The position numbers and the translations under genes were made by a program. From positions 2,002,567 to 2,066,566 of the forward strand of contig CBDFHB010000002.1 of the NCBI GenBank assembly GCA_965247365.1: a stretch of DNA of 64,000 nt, read 5' to 3'. Shown one piece after another: positions 41,686-50,616 of this stretch; the stretch's first letter is position 1, and the number at the start of each line of letters is the position of its first letter. The notes under the pieces were generated by a model, which had not been told where the DNA came from, searched no databases, and saw only the letters and a list, made by a program, of their open reading frames with translations. This stretch comes from Candidatus Marinacidobacterales bacterium. GTDB taxonomy: Bacteria > Acidobacteriota > Vicinamibacteria > Marinacidobacterales > SMYC01.

Positions 41686-41801
41686 ATTAGATGCGGCGAC
41701 TGCATGGCCGACTGTTTTCTGCGCTGTTTTACCTGCGTGCGATCATCGGGCGGCGCTGGACCACCATCGACAATTCGTCCTGCGGGCTTTACGATGGTTT
41801 T

Positions 41802-42362
41802 ATGGTTCAACGAGGTACATGGCTCGGGTTGACCGTCTTGCTGGCGATCGCTCTGTGCGATGACGCGCCGGGCTACGCGAAAGCAGCGCAGGAACCGGAG
41901 TCCGAAGCCGCCATGTCCGAAGACGTGCGACGAATGCACGAACGTTTGATTGCCTTGAGCAAGGGCGAGGGCTCAACGTCGGGTCTCCGCATCGAGTTCA
42001 TGGATGGGAGCGGGATGTCTTCGCACCGCAGTTTCAATCTCGAGGCGGGTAGGCTCGTCAGCAAAGAGTGGAAATCTCCCGGCTCCCCGATGATTCACCG
42101 TGAAGGGAATGTGACGGACTCGAGAGTTTCCGAGCTGCTCCAACAGCTGATTGCAAAGCAATACTGGACCTTTCAGGGCACCCGATTCATCCCGGACGCC
42201 CCGATGTTCCTGTTCCGTTTCTACTACGGGGACTTGAAGCATGTAGACTTTCGGTGTGGCGCTGAGGAGGTTCGAGAATCTGAGGCGCGTAGCGCGATCC
42301 GCAGCCTGTTCCTGAAATTTGTTTCCGAAACCAAGATGAAGACCGTTCCGGCTAAGTCGTAG
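41802..42362 (+). CDS. Hypothetical secreted protein
   Basis: Internal Met MVQRGTWLGLTVLLAIALC (signal peptide) of ORF 41691..42362. Confidence 0.4.
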   Translation: MVQRGTWLGLTVLLAIALCDDAPGYAKAAQEPESEAAMSEDVRRMHERLIALSKGEGSTSGLRIEFMDGSGMSSHRSFNLEAGRLVSKEWKSPGSPMIHREGNVTDSRVSELLQQLIAKQYWTFQGTRFIPDAPMFLFRFYYGDLKHVDFRCGAEEVRESEARSAIRSLFLKFVSETKMKTVPAKS

Positions 42363-42379
42363 TCTGGATACCTTGCCCG

Positions 42380-42420
42380 TCCGCGAGCCCTGAAAATCCT
42401 CAGTCCGCGATTCGCCCTGC
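42380..42420 (+). repeat. Interspersed repeat family, degenerate partial copy C
   Basis: GCGAGCCCTGAAAATCCT is shared with copies A and B, then diverges. Confidence 0.35.
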
Positions 42421-42464
42421 CCACGATCGACAAGATACAGTGCGTTCAAGCAAGGGGGACGGTC

Positions 42465-42833
42465 ATGCAACTTGGCGCATTTTCGATCAGCTTGGCGGTC
42501 AAGGACCTCCAGACTTCGCAGGCCTTTTACGAGAAGCTTGGTTTCGAAGTCTTCAGCGGTGATGCCTCGACGAACTACCTCATCTTGGAGAACGGCGAGA
42601 CAACAGTCGGACTCTTCCAAGGGATGTTCGACAAGAACATCCTGACCTTCAATCCGGGCTGGGATCAGCATGCCCGGAAGCTCGACAGTTTCACGGATGT
42701 GCGTGAGCTTCAACGCCAACTCCAGGAGCAAGGCGTGGATCAAAGGTAGATGCTGACGAGAGCACTGAGGGCCCGGCGAGCTTCATCGTCGAAGACCCGG
42801 ACGGAAATCCCATCCTCGTCGATCAGCACGTCT
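42465..42833 (+). CDS. VOC/glyoxalase-family protein with an apparent 1-nt frameshift at an A3 run (42742..42744)
   Basis: ORF 42465..42749 ([24 protein letters not shown]...). The next frame continues ...[29 protein letters not shown], the usual VOC C-terminus. Confidence 0.5.
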
Positions 42834-43044
42834 GACTGGACACAGGTCGAGCGTCTTGGTCCATCTCAGCTGAAAACACTGCTCTAGGGCTGCATCTCGG
42901 ACTTGCGACAGTGCGAGCTTGCAACTTGCGGCTCCAGCAGGCATCCTATTTCCTAATCGGTTAACAACAGATCGTTCGTCTTGGCCCTTGACGCCAGTGC
43001 AAGGGTCTTCACCTTTTTTGTGGAGCGTGGAGCACGATTCCCGA

Positions 43045-43512
43045 ATGGACTCCCCTTATCGCATTCCGACGCGCCCGGTGAGCGCGAAGCTCGTCGTGGA
43101 GGGTGGACGCCACGAGTCGGTATTTTTCTATCTGTCGACGGTGTCCGAGACCCACGCGGGCGCCGAAACGGTAGAAGAAGCGTTGAACCGCCGGCGAGAG
43201 TTCGTTCCTGTCGGCCTGGCCGAAGGTGGAAAGAATCTGTTGATACGCCGACGCGCCATCGAGAGGGTGACGGTGGCGAGCAGCGAGCCGGACCTGTTCG
43301 AGCTCTCTGAGCTCGCCCCTTGCGTCGATCTCGTTCACCTGGAGCTCAGAGGCGGCGAGATCATCGAAGGTACCCTCGCGACTATCCTGCCTGCGGAGCA
43401 CCCGAGGCTGTCCGACTACTTCAACCTGGAACACGCCCTGTTTGTTCCCATCGCCGTCGACGATGCCGTCACCTTTGTGAACCGTGACTTCATCTCGATC
43501 GTACGGCTGTAG
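43045..43512 (+). CDS. Hypothetical protein immediately upstream of the PilT-like gene
   Basis: Internal Met MDSPYRIPTRPV... of ORF 42919..43512. No family recognised. Confidence 0.35.
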   Translation: MDSPYRIPTRPVSAKLVVEGGRHESVFFYLSTVSETHAGAETVEEALNRRREFVPVGLAEGGKNLLIRRRAIERVTVASSEPDLFELSELAPCVDLVHLELRGGEIIEGTLATILPAEHPRLSDYFNLEHALFVPIAVDDAVTFVNRDFISIVRL

Positions 43513-43529
43513 ATTCTGGAGGATTCGAC

Positions 43530-45088
43530 GTGATGCGAATGGAGCCTCTTCTGGACGCGCTCCGACAATCGGGTGGGGAGGTAATGAAGCTCGAGCCGGG
43601 CGAGAAGATCTACGTGCTCAAGTCTGGAAGCCGCCTCGACGTGGGGCGCGAGCCTCTCTCCCATGCGACGTTACTCCAGATAGTGACCGAGACCCTGAAT
43701 CCGCTCGGGCTCTCCGGCCTCGGCGAGCAGTCGCGCACCATCGCGCGCCGTCACCACGAGGACGACTTCGAGCTCGAGTTCGGAAAGACGAACGGATCCA
43801 TCAGCATCTCGATTCGTCGAAAGAATCCGTCGCTGGGCGAGCCCGTCGCCGCCGCATCTTTCTCCAGCGCACCGACGCCCACCGAACCCACGCCGCCATC
43901 GCCCACGCCGCCATCGCCCATGCCGCCATCGCCCATGCCGCCCAGCGCCGCTCTTCGACCGAGCGTTAGCCTTGCTTCGGCGGCCGGCAGCGCCGAGATG
44001 GACGAGCTGCTGCGGTTGATGGTGTCGGAGGAGGCCTCGGACCTGCATTTGAGCGCCGACGCCTATCCGGTGTTGAGGGTCCACGGAGAGATCCGATTCC
44101 TCGAGGAGCGCGGCGCGATGGCGTCGGAGGATATTCGACGACTGGTCTACGGGATCCTTGAAGAGGACGTGCGTCAGGCGTTCGAAGCGAAGCGGGACGC
44201 GGACTGTGCCTACGAGATTCCAGGCCTGTCCCGATTTCGCGTAAACGTGTTCGAAGACCGCAAAGGAGTCGGAGCCGTCATCCGCCAGATCCCAGTAGAA
44301 ATCCTCAGCGCGGAGCAGCTCGGGCTACCCCCTTCCGTGCTCGACTCTGTTTTCTTACGAAGGGGCTGGTCCTCGTTACCGGTCCGACGGGCTCGGGCAA
44401 ATCGACGACCCTGGCCGCGATGGTCGACCACATCAACAAGAATCGCAGTGACCACATGATCACCATCGAGGATCCGATTGAGTTCGTTCACGAGAACCAG
44501 CAATGTCTCATCAACCAGAGGCAGGTCGGCGATCATACCGAGAGCTTCAAGGCGGCCCTTCGCGCCGCGCTTGGTGAAGACCCCGATGTGGTCTTGGTTG
44601 GTGAAATGCGCGATCTGGAGACGATTGCCATCGCGATCGAGACGGCGGAGACGGGTCACCTCGTTTTCGGAACGCTGCACACGACCACGGCGATGGCCAC
44701 CATCGACCGCATCATCGATCAGTTTCCGCCGGACCAGCAGGCGCAGATTCGGGTCATGCTCTCCGACTCACTCAAAGGGGTGGTCGCGCAGGTTCTCTGC
44801 AAGAAGAAAGGCGGCGGGCGCGTGGCGGCGCTCGAGGTTCTTCTGGGAAACTCGGCTTTGGCGAGCCTGATCCGCGAAGGCAAGACCTTTCAGATCCCGT
44901 CGGTGATGCAAACGTCCAAACGGCAGGGCATGTTTACCATGAACGACAGTCTCCTGAGACTCGTGAAAGAAAACCTCGTCGAGCCGAAGGAGGCGTGGAT
45001 GAAGGCGGTGGACAAGAGCGGGCTTTTGGGCCTGTACCGAAGTGGCGGGATCCCCGTGGACTTCACTGGGGGAGACGGCGGGAAGTGA
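43530..45088 (+). CDS. pilT: PilT/PilU-like type IV pilus retraction ATPase with a ~140-aa N-terminal extension and Pro-rich linker; frameshifted near 44354-44360
   Basis: ASDLHLSADAYPVLRVHGEI...FRVNVFEDRKGVGAVIRQIP matches the PilT N-domain. After a 1-nt shift: KGLVLVTGPTGSGKSTTLAAM (Walker A), ...DPDVVLVGEMRDLETI (Walker B), ...GHLVFGTLHT (His box). ORFs 43530..44459 and 44420..45088. Confidence 0.7.
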
Positions 45089-45432
45089 GTTGATTCGCTG
45101 ATGAGGTCGCCAATCTAGGATTGGCATTCGGGAGGTTGCGACTTCCAGAATCTCCGCGCTTTACGAAGGGCTGCCAGGGTCCTTGCAGGGCCCACTTCTT
45201 TTGCACCGTGCCGACCGTCACCGTCGAGAGAAGCCGCCAGGCACACTCCGAGCTTTCTACGATGGGCCGGGAGGTGGCGGCGAAGCCCGCGCGGCGAGTG
45301 ATCCTCGGGGCTGGAACGACTTGGACATTGAATATCGGAGACCTCCACAACACGCTACTTGACCCATTTTCAGCCCATGAGGAGACAGGCCGATTCTTCG
45401 TGACTCAGAAAAGCCTTACTAAGAGGTGTTAG

Positions 45433-45473
45433 TGGTGCCGGGGGCCAGAATTGAACTCGCAACGCAAGGATTT
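45433..45473 (-). repeat. Interspersed repeat family copy D (inverted orientation, 3' T-arm/ACCA part)
   Basis: The reverse complement reads AAATCCTTGCGTTGCGAGTTCAATTCTGGCCCCCGGCACCA. Confidence 0.45.
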
Positions 45474-45539
45474 GCTGCTCTGTCCCAGCCGGGGACGTGC
45501 TCCGAGGACGAAGGCAAGCCTTTGCTTCTCACGTGCCGA

Positions 45540-45797
45540 GATTCAGTGTCGATTAGATGCTCTCGAGAACGTCGGGAAACTTCACCGTTTGGCAGTTCTA
45601 GCTAAACTATTGATAAGAAAAGATTAACGCACTATCAGGCGAGCTCGGCGTAAGGTTATCCGACAGTTTCCGCTCGGTCACATTCGTCAGGAACCGAGTA
45701 ACTCATTGACATAAAAGGTTTAACGTCTCTTGGCACCTCTCTTGCTTGACTGCATCGTGGTATCAAACGTGAACGACATTACCTCGGGAGAACAACG
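45540..45797 (+). promoter_or_regulatory. AT-rich intergenic region upstream of the PEP-CTERM gene (probable promoter/regulatory region)
   Basis: GC drops sharply. Contains TTGACA-like (cattgacataaaag) and TATCAAAC-like elements. RBS GGGAGAACAACGATG. Confidence 0.3.
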
Positions 45798-46409
45798 ATG
45801 AAACTCATCCGGCTACTTGCAGTTGTCGTGTTTGCGACGATGGTTGCTGGGACGGGAAGCGCCGCGTTCATTGACCTGACCGCACTCGATGTCGCGTGCT
45901 CGGACGGGCAAGCCAACATAATCGTGGTCGAAGACGTCACAGGAAACAACGGGGGCGCGACGGATTGCTGGGGTGCGTTCGACGGAAACGACCCTGGCCC
46001 AAACGGTGGATTCAATATCACCATGAACAATGAGGAAATGACGTTCAACTACCTGGCGAAAAAGGACATTGACAACGGGATGCTCGACGATCCGGAGGGG
46101 ATCAATCTCGTCGTCGGCGGCACCCCTGGCATAGCGGGAACGTGGGAGTTCACTGAGGGTGCCTTGAGCACCGATTTCTTGATCGTCCTGAAAGCGGCCA
46201 ACTCGCCGGGATATGGCGTCTGGCTTTTCTCCGGCCCTGACAATGCCTCCTACAACGGTAGGTGGTCTGCGGCGTGGGAGCAAGACCTTTCCCACCTTGC
46301 GATCTACGACAAGGAGTCCAACGGCAACGGCAACGGCCTGCCGGAGCCGAGCTCCATTGCCCTCATTGGCCTTGGGTTGCTCGCGCTTGCTAGACTCCGC
46401 CGCCGCTAA
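45798..46409 (+). CDS. PEP-CTERM sorting-domain protein (exosortase substrate)
   Basis: Signal peptide. C-terminus ends LPEPSSIALIGLGLLALARLRRR, which is PEP, then a TM helix, then an Arg cluster. Confidence 0.75.
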   Translation: MKLIRLLAVVVFATMVAGTGSAAFIDLTALDVACSDGQANIIVVEDVTGNNGGATDCWGAFDGNDPGPNGGFNITMNNEEMTFNYLAKKDIDNGMLDDPEGINLVVGGTPGIAGTWEFTEGALSTDFLIVLKAANSPGYGVWLFSGPDNASYNGRWSAAWEQDLSHLAIYDKESNGNGNGLPEPSSIALIGLGLLALARLRRR

Positions 46410-46866
46410 ATCGAGTCGACGGCACACGAACTACGACGCGCTAGGCAGGCGCAAAGCTCACGCGATCTGACCCACATCGCCCCTTCCATCTCAGCTGAAA
46501 ACACTGCTCTACGGCTGCATCTCCGGCTATCGCCAATCTAGGGTCCACATTCGGGAGGTTGCGACTTCGACCCGAGCTCGCTGAGAGCAGCTGTTTCAAA
46601 TCGAACCAACTGTTCCGAAAGTGAACTGAGTTGGTGGGCGACCTGCGAACGAAAAAAAAGAAGCGAGACTGGATTCACCCAACCAATGGAACAGGATGTT
46701 CCAGAATCCAGCCTCGCCACTTTACCGGAGACCGATCTGATACGGGCTCCCCCTCGGACTGTCCCGTATCGGAACGATTGCGACCCCAAATGGAGTCTAA
46801 TCGAGTAACCTTGCAAACGGAGTGCCAACGCCGGGTCGGCAAGACTCGTATAATGGGGACTGAATC

Positions 46867-47433
46867 ATGGATCACCTCTTGAGCGTCGGGCTTGGGCTGG
46901 GGCTCGCGGCAGCTTGCGGCTTCCGCGTCTTCGTGCCTCTGCTGGTTATGAGCGCCGCCTCTTACTCCGGACACCTCGAGCTCGGCACGAGCTTCGAATG
47001 GGTCGGTTCGTTCCCGGCTCTCATCGCCTTCGCTTCCGCGACCGCGGTAGAGATCGCGGCCTACTACATTCCGTGGGTGGACAACCTATTGGACTCGGTG
47101 TCTGGGCCCCTCGCGATCGTGGCCGGTACAATTGTGACCGCGTCATCTCTCGTCGACGTGGACCCCTTTCTGAAATGGAGCCTCGCGATCATCGGCGGGG
47201 GTGGGCTTGCGGGCCTCGTGAAAGGCTCGACGACGCTCGCGCGCGGCGCTTCGACGCTTGCAACGGGTGGCCTGGCGAATCCGCTGGTCTCCACGGTGGA
47301 AGTGGGAACTTCGATCGTCCTGTCGGTCCTCGCGGTGCTCCTACCGCTTGTCGCGCTCGTCGCAGTCGTGATCCTCAGCTTCTTTGCCTGGCGAATGGTT
47401 TTGCGCTGGAGGAATCGTCGTACACAACCCTAG
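46867..47433 (+). CDS. DUF4126-family integral membrane protein
   Basis: MDHLLSVGLGLGLAAACGFRVFVPLLV... is the characteristic DUF4126 N-terminus. Four to five TM helices. Confidence 0.6.
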   Translation: MDHLLSVGLGLGLAAACGFRVFVPLLVMSAASYSGHLELGTSFEWVGSFPALIAFASATAVEIAAYYIPWVDNLLDSVSGPLAIVAGTIVTASSLVDVDPFLKWSLAIIGGGGLAGLVKGSTTLARGASTLATGGLANPLVSTVEVGTSIVLSVLAVLLPLVALVAVVILSFFAWRMVLRWRNRRTQP

Positions 47434-47702
47434 GGGCGCTTCACGTAGTCGTGAAGCTTGGCCTCGATCGCGCTGCACGGCACGAAGAACGGCTTGTCGG
47501 TGACTTCGAGCAGGATGGCGCTTCCCGAGATCTGATAGTACCCCTTGAAGTCTCCCACCGGAGTCGGGAGGTGAAAGGTCCCGTCCGATGCCGAGCCGAC
47601 GAACGAGCCTCCCGCTCCGTCAACGCGCGCACGAATCCGCGAAACGAGCGTCTCACTCGAGACGTTGAAGTCGAACTCGAAGCGGCAAATCGACAAAATC
47701 AA
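47430..47702 (-). CDS. Small hypothetical protein
   Basis: 90-aa ORF convergent with DUF4126 (4-nt overlap). Confidence 0.3.
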   Translation of the reverse strand: MILSICRFEFDFNVSSETLVSRIRARVDGAGGSFVGSASDGTFHLPTPVGDFKGYYQISGSAILLEVTDKPFFVPCSAIEAKLHDYVKRP

Positions 47703-47741
47703 TAGAGGCTTCGCCCGGAAAGGCGATCGCTCATCGGGACT

Positions 47742-47957
47742 TCAGCTCTTCCGTCCCTTCTTGGGTTTCTCCGCTTCCGCGAGAAGCTTGGCGATGTCCG
47801 CGGCTGGCATCGTTCGAGAACCGACTTCGCTGATCAGCTCCTCGTCCGAGAGCGTCGACAGGCGAAGCTGGCGTTTCTCCAGGAGCTGGATCATGCGGCG
47901 TAGGCGGCGCTTGATTCGATCCAGCTCGCGCTCGATGTCTTTGAGCTCATCCAGCAT
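47742..47957 (-). CDS. Small coiled-coil hypothetical protein
   Basis: 71 aa with a charged heptad pattern (LDELKDIERELDRIKRRLRRMIQLLEKRQ). Confidence 0.3.
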   Translation of the reverse strand: MLDELKDIERELDRIKRRLRRMIQLLEKRQLRLSTLSDEELISEVGSRTMPAADIAKLLAEAEKPKKGRKS

Positions 47958-48059
47958 TGCAGTTTGATCCCAGCCTCAAGATGCAAGAGAAAACGACCGC
48001 GTCATTCTACCGTCATACTTCCTTCGAGACCACATCGTATTGAACTCGATGGCGCGGGC

Positions 48060-49912
48060 GTGCAGAATCAGTCGGTGCAGAGTGGGGGACCCGAAACCGT
48101 TCGAACTCCAGAGGACGTCCTCCGGGCGGTGTTCGGCTATCGGTCGTTTCGCGGCCAGCAAGCGAGCGTCATCGAGCACGTGCTGCGCGGCGCGGACGCT
48201 CTCGTGCTGATGCCAACGGGCGGCGGCAAGAGCCTCTGTTATCAGATCCCGGCCATCCTACGAGACGGAGTAGGTATCGTCGTCTCGCCCCTCATCTCTC
48301 TGATGCAGGACCAGACCAATGCGCTTCGGGAAGCAGGAGTAGAGGTTGCCTTCGTGAACTCTACGCTCTCCCCGCGGGACGCCTTCCGCATCGAAGACGA
48401 GATGGTCGCGGGTCACTACGACGTCGTCTACGTGGCTCCCGAGCGGCTCACGACCGAGCGATTTCTGGAGCGGCTCGACGGGACGAAGTTGGCACTCTTC
48501 GCCATCGACGAGGCGCACTGCGTCAGTCAGTGGGGACACGACTTCCGTCCCGAGTATCGAAAGCTCGACGTGCTCTACGAGCGTTTCAAAGGGGTGCCGC
48601 GAATCGCCCTTACCGCGACCGCGGACGAACCGACTCGGAGGGAGATTCTCGAGCACCTCCACCTAGCCGCATCGGGCATGTTCGTGTCCGGCTTCGACCG
48701 CCCGAACATCCGCTACGAGGTCGTCCCGAAGGCGAGTGCCCGGCAACAGCTCTTTCGCTTCCTGCAGTCTCGACACGTCGGCGAGAGCGGCATCGTCTAT
48801 TGCATGAGCCGCAAGAAAGTCGAACAGACCGCGGCCTGGCTCGAGGGGCAGGGGATTCGGGCGCTCGCCTACCACGCAGGTCTCGACAAATCCGTCCGTC
48901 GAGAACGCCAGGAGCGATTCGCCAAGGAAGAGGCCGTCGTGATCGTCGCGACCATCGCTTTCGGGATGGGCATCGACAAGCCGGATGTACGCTTCGTCGC
49001 TCACCTGGATCTCCCGAAGAGTCTCGAGGCTTACTACCAGGAGACGGGCCGTGCGGGCCGGGACGGCCTGCCCGCGGACGCATGGATGTGCTACGGGTTC
49101 GGCGATGTCGTTTTGATCCGACAGTTGATGGAGCGCTCTGAGGCTTCCCTGGAGCGAAAGCGCGTCGAGCAACTCAAGCTAAACACGCTTCTCGGTTATT
49201 GCGAGAGTGCCTCGTGTCGGCGGGCCGTCCTCCTGAGGCACTTCGGAGAGGCCCATGGGGGAGACTGCCGCAATTGCGACAATTGCCTGAATCCGGTCGA
49301 AACCTACGATGGGACGACCGAAGCGCAGAAGGCGCTCTCGAATGTGTACCGCACTGGTCAGCGCTTCGGTGCGGCCTATCTGACGGCCGTGCTGCTCGGA
49401 GAGGATGACGCGCGCATTCGTCGAAGCGGCCACGACAATTTATCGACTTACGGCATCGGCTCAGAGCTCGACAAAAGTGGCTGGATGAGCGTTTATCGGC
49501 AGCTCATCGCGGCGGGGATGCTGAGCGTCGAGCCTCAGCATGGAGGACTCAGTCTATCGGAAACCGCCTGGCCGGTCATGAAGGGCAAGGCCCCGGTCAC
49601 CTTGCGACAGGATTCTCGGGTCCGAAGAGTCAAGGGACCAAAGCCAAGGCCGGACCGCGGGACCGCGCTCGCGGAAACGTTGAGCTCGTCCATCGAACGC
49701 GAGACCTTCGAAGCGCTACGCAACAAGCGGCTCGAGCTCGCTCGCGCGAAAACCTCCCCCCTTACGTCATCTTCCATGACAAAACGCTCATGGAGATGGC
49801 TAGAGAGAGGCCGGAATCCCTGGAGGCGATGTCGGCGATTTCCGGGGTGGGGCAAGCGAAGCTCGAGGCTTATGGCGAGCTGTTTCTGGCCGTGCTGCGC
49901 GGAGAGGCTTGA
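48060..49912 (+). CDS. recQ: ATP-dependent DNA helicase RecQ; C-terminal HRDC region is read through a frameshift at a C6 tract (49756..49761)
   Basis: LVLMPTGGGKSLCYQ (motif I), DEAHCVSQWGHDFR (II), TATA (III), zinc-binding CxxC..CDNC, RQC. After the frame change: ...ENLPPYVIFHDKTLMEMARERPESLEAMSAISGVGQAKLEAYGELFLAVLRGEA*, an HRDC domain. Probable GTG start at 48060. Confidence 0.8.
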
Positions 49913-49940
49913 GACCTGTTGCCCCGAGAAACCCTCCCGA

Positions 49941-50552
49941 TCAAGATCGCTTTCGAAGGACCCACGTCGTCATACAACGTTGGTCCTGAACGACGGTCGT
50001 CTTTAGCGGGTCGAGAAGGTCGGCGCCGAGGGACGCCGTTGCCTCCATCAACATCGGCTCGTCGACGAGGTAGCGCTCGCTTCCATCCGGCAGGCGGAAG
50101 CGTCGACCCTCGAGGCGCTGCATCCGATCCTCCATCCCGATCGTCGAGGCAAGCCGGCAAAAGAAGAGCCCCCTCGGCCGCAGGACTCTCCATGCTCCTC
50201 GCAGCATGGCCCAAAACTGCTCGTCGTCGCGGGCGAAGTGCAGGACCGCACTGCTGACGAGCACGTCGACCGAGGCCTCCGCAAAGGACATGGACTCGAT
50301 GTCCTCGAGGCGGAAGTTCTCCTCCGGTAGGCGTGGACCGAGACGGGCCGCGAGCGAGCGGACGGACGCTACGGCCTCGGGATTTTGGTCGACCGCGAAG
50401 ACGTCGTGGCCGGCACGAAGGAAATATTCGAGATTGCGTCCGGCGCCCGAGCCCGCGTCGAGCACACTCATGTCCGACGTGATCCGGCCCCGAAGGATCT
50501 GGTCGAGCAGGTAAATGTCGATCCGGCCGAGAAGCGAGGCTAGGTCCTGCAT
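49941..50552 (-). CDS. Class I SAM-dependent methyltransferase
   Basis: VLDAGSGAGRN (motif I), DVFAVDQNPEAV, VDVLVSSAVLHF. Confidence 0.7.
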   Translation of the reverse strand: MQDLASLLGRIDIYLLDQILRGRITSDMSVLDAGSGAGRNLEYFLRAGHDVFAVDQNPEAVASVRSLAARLGPRLPEENFRLEDIESMSFAEASVDVLVSSAVLHFARDDEQFWAMLRGAWRVLRPRGLFFCRLASTIGMEDRMQRLEGRRFRLPDGSERYLVDEPMLMEATASLGADLLDPLKTTVVQDQRCMTTWVLRKRS

Positions 50553-50616
50553 AGAGAGGTAGTTTCGAGATGCGACGCATCGATGTCAACCGATCGAGCC
50601 GTGAGTAGAATGTACG

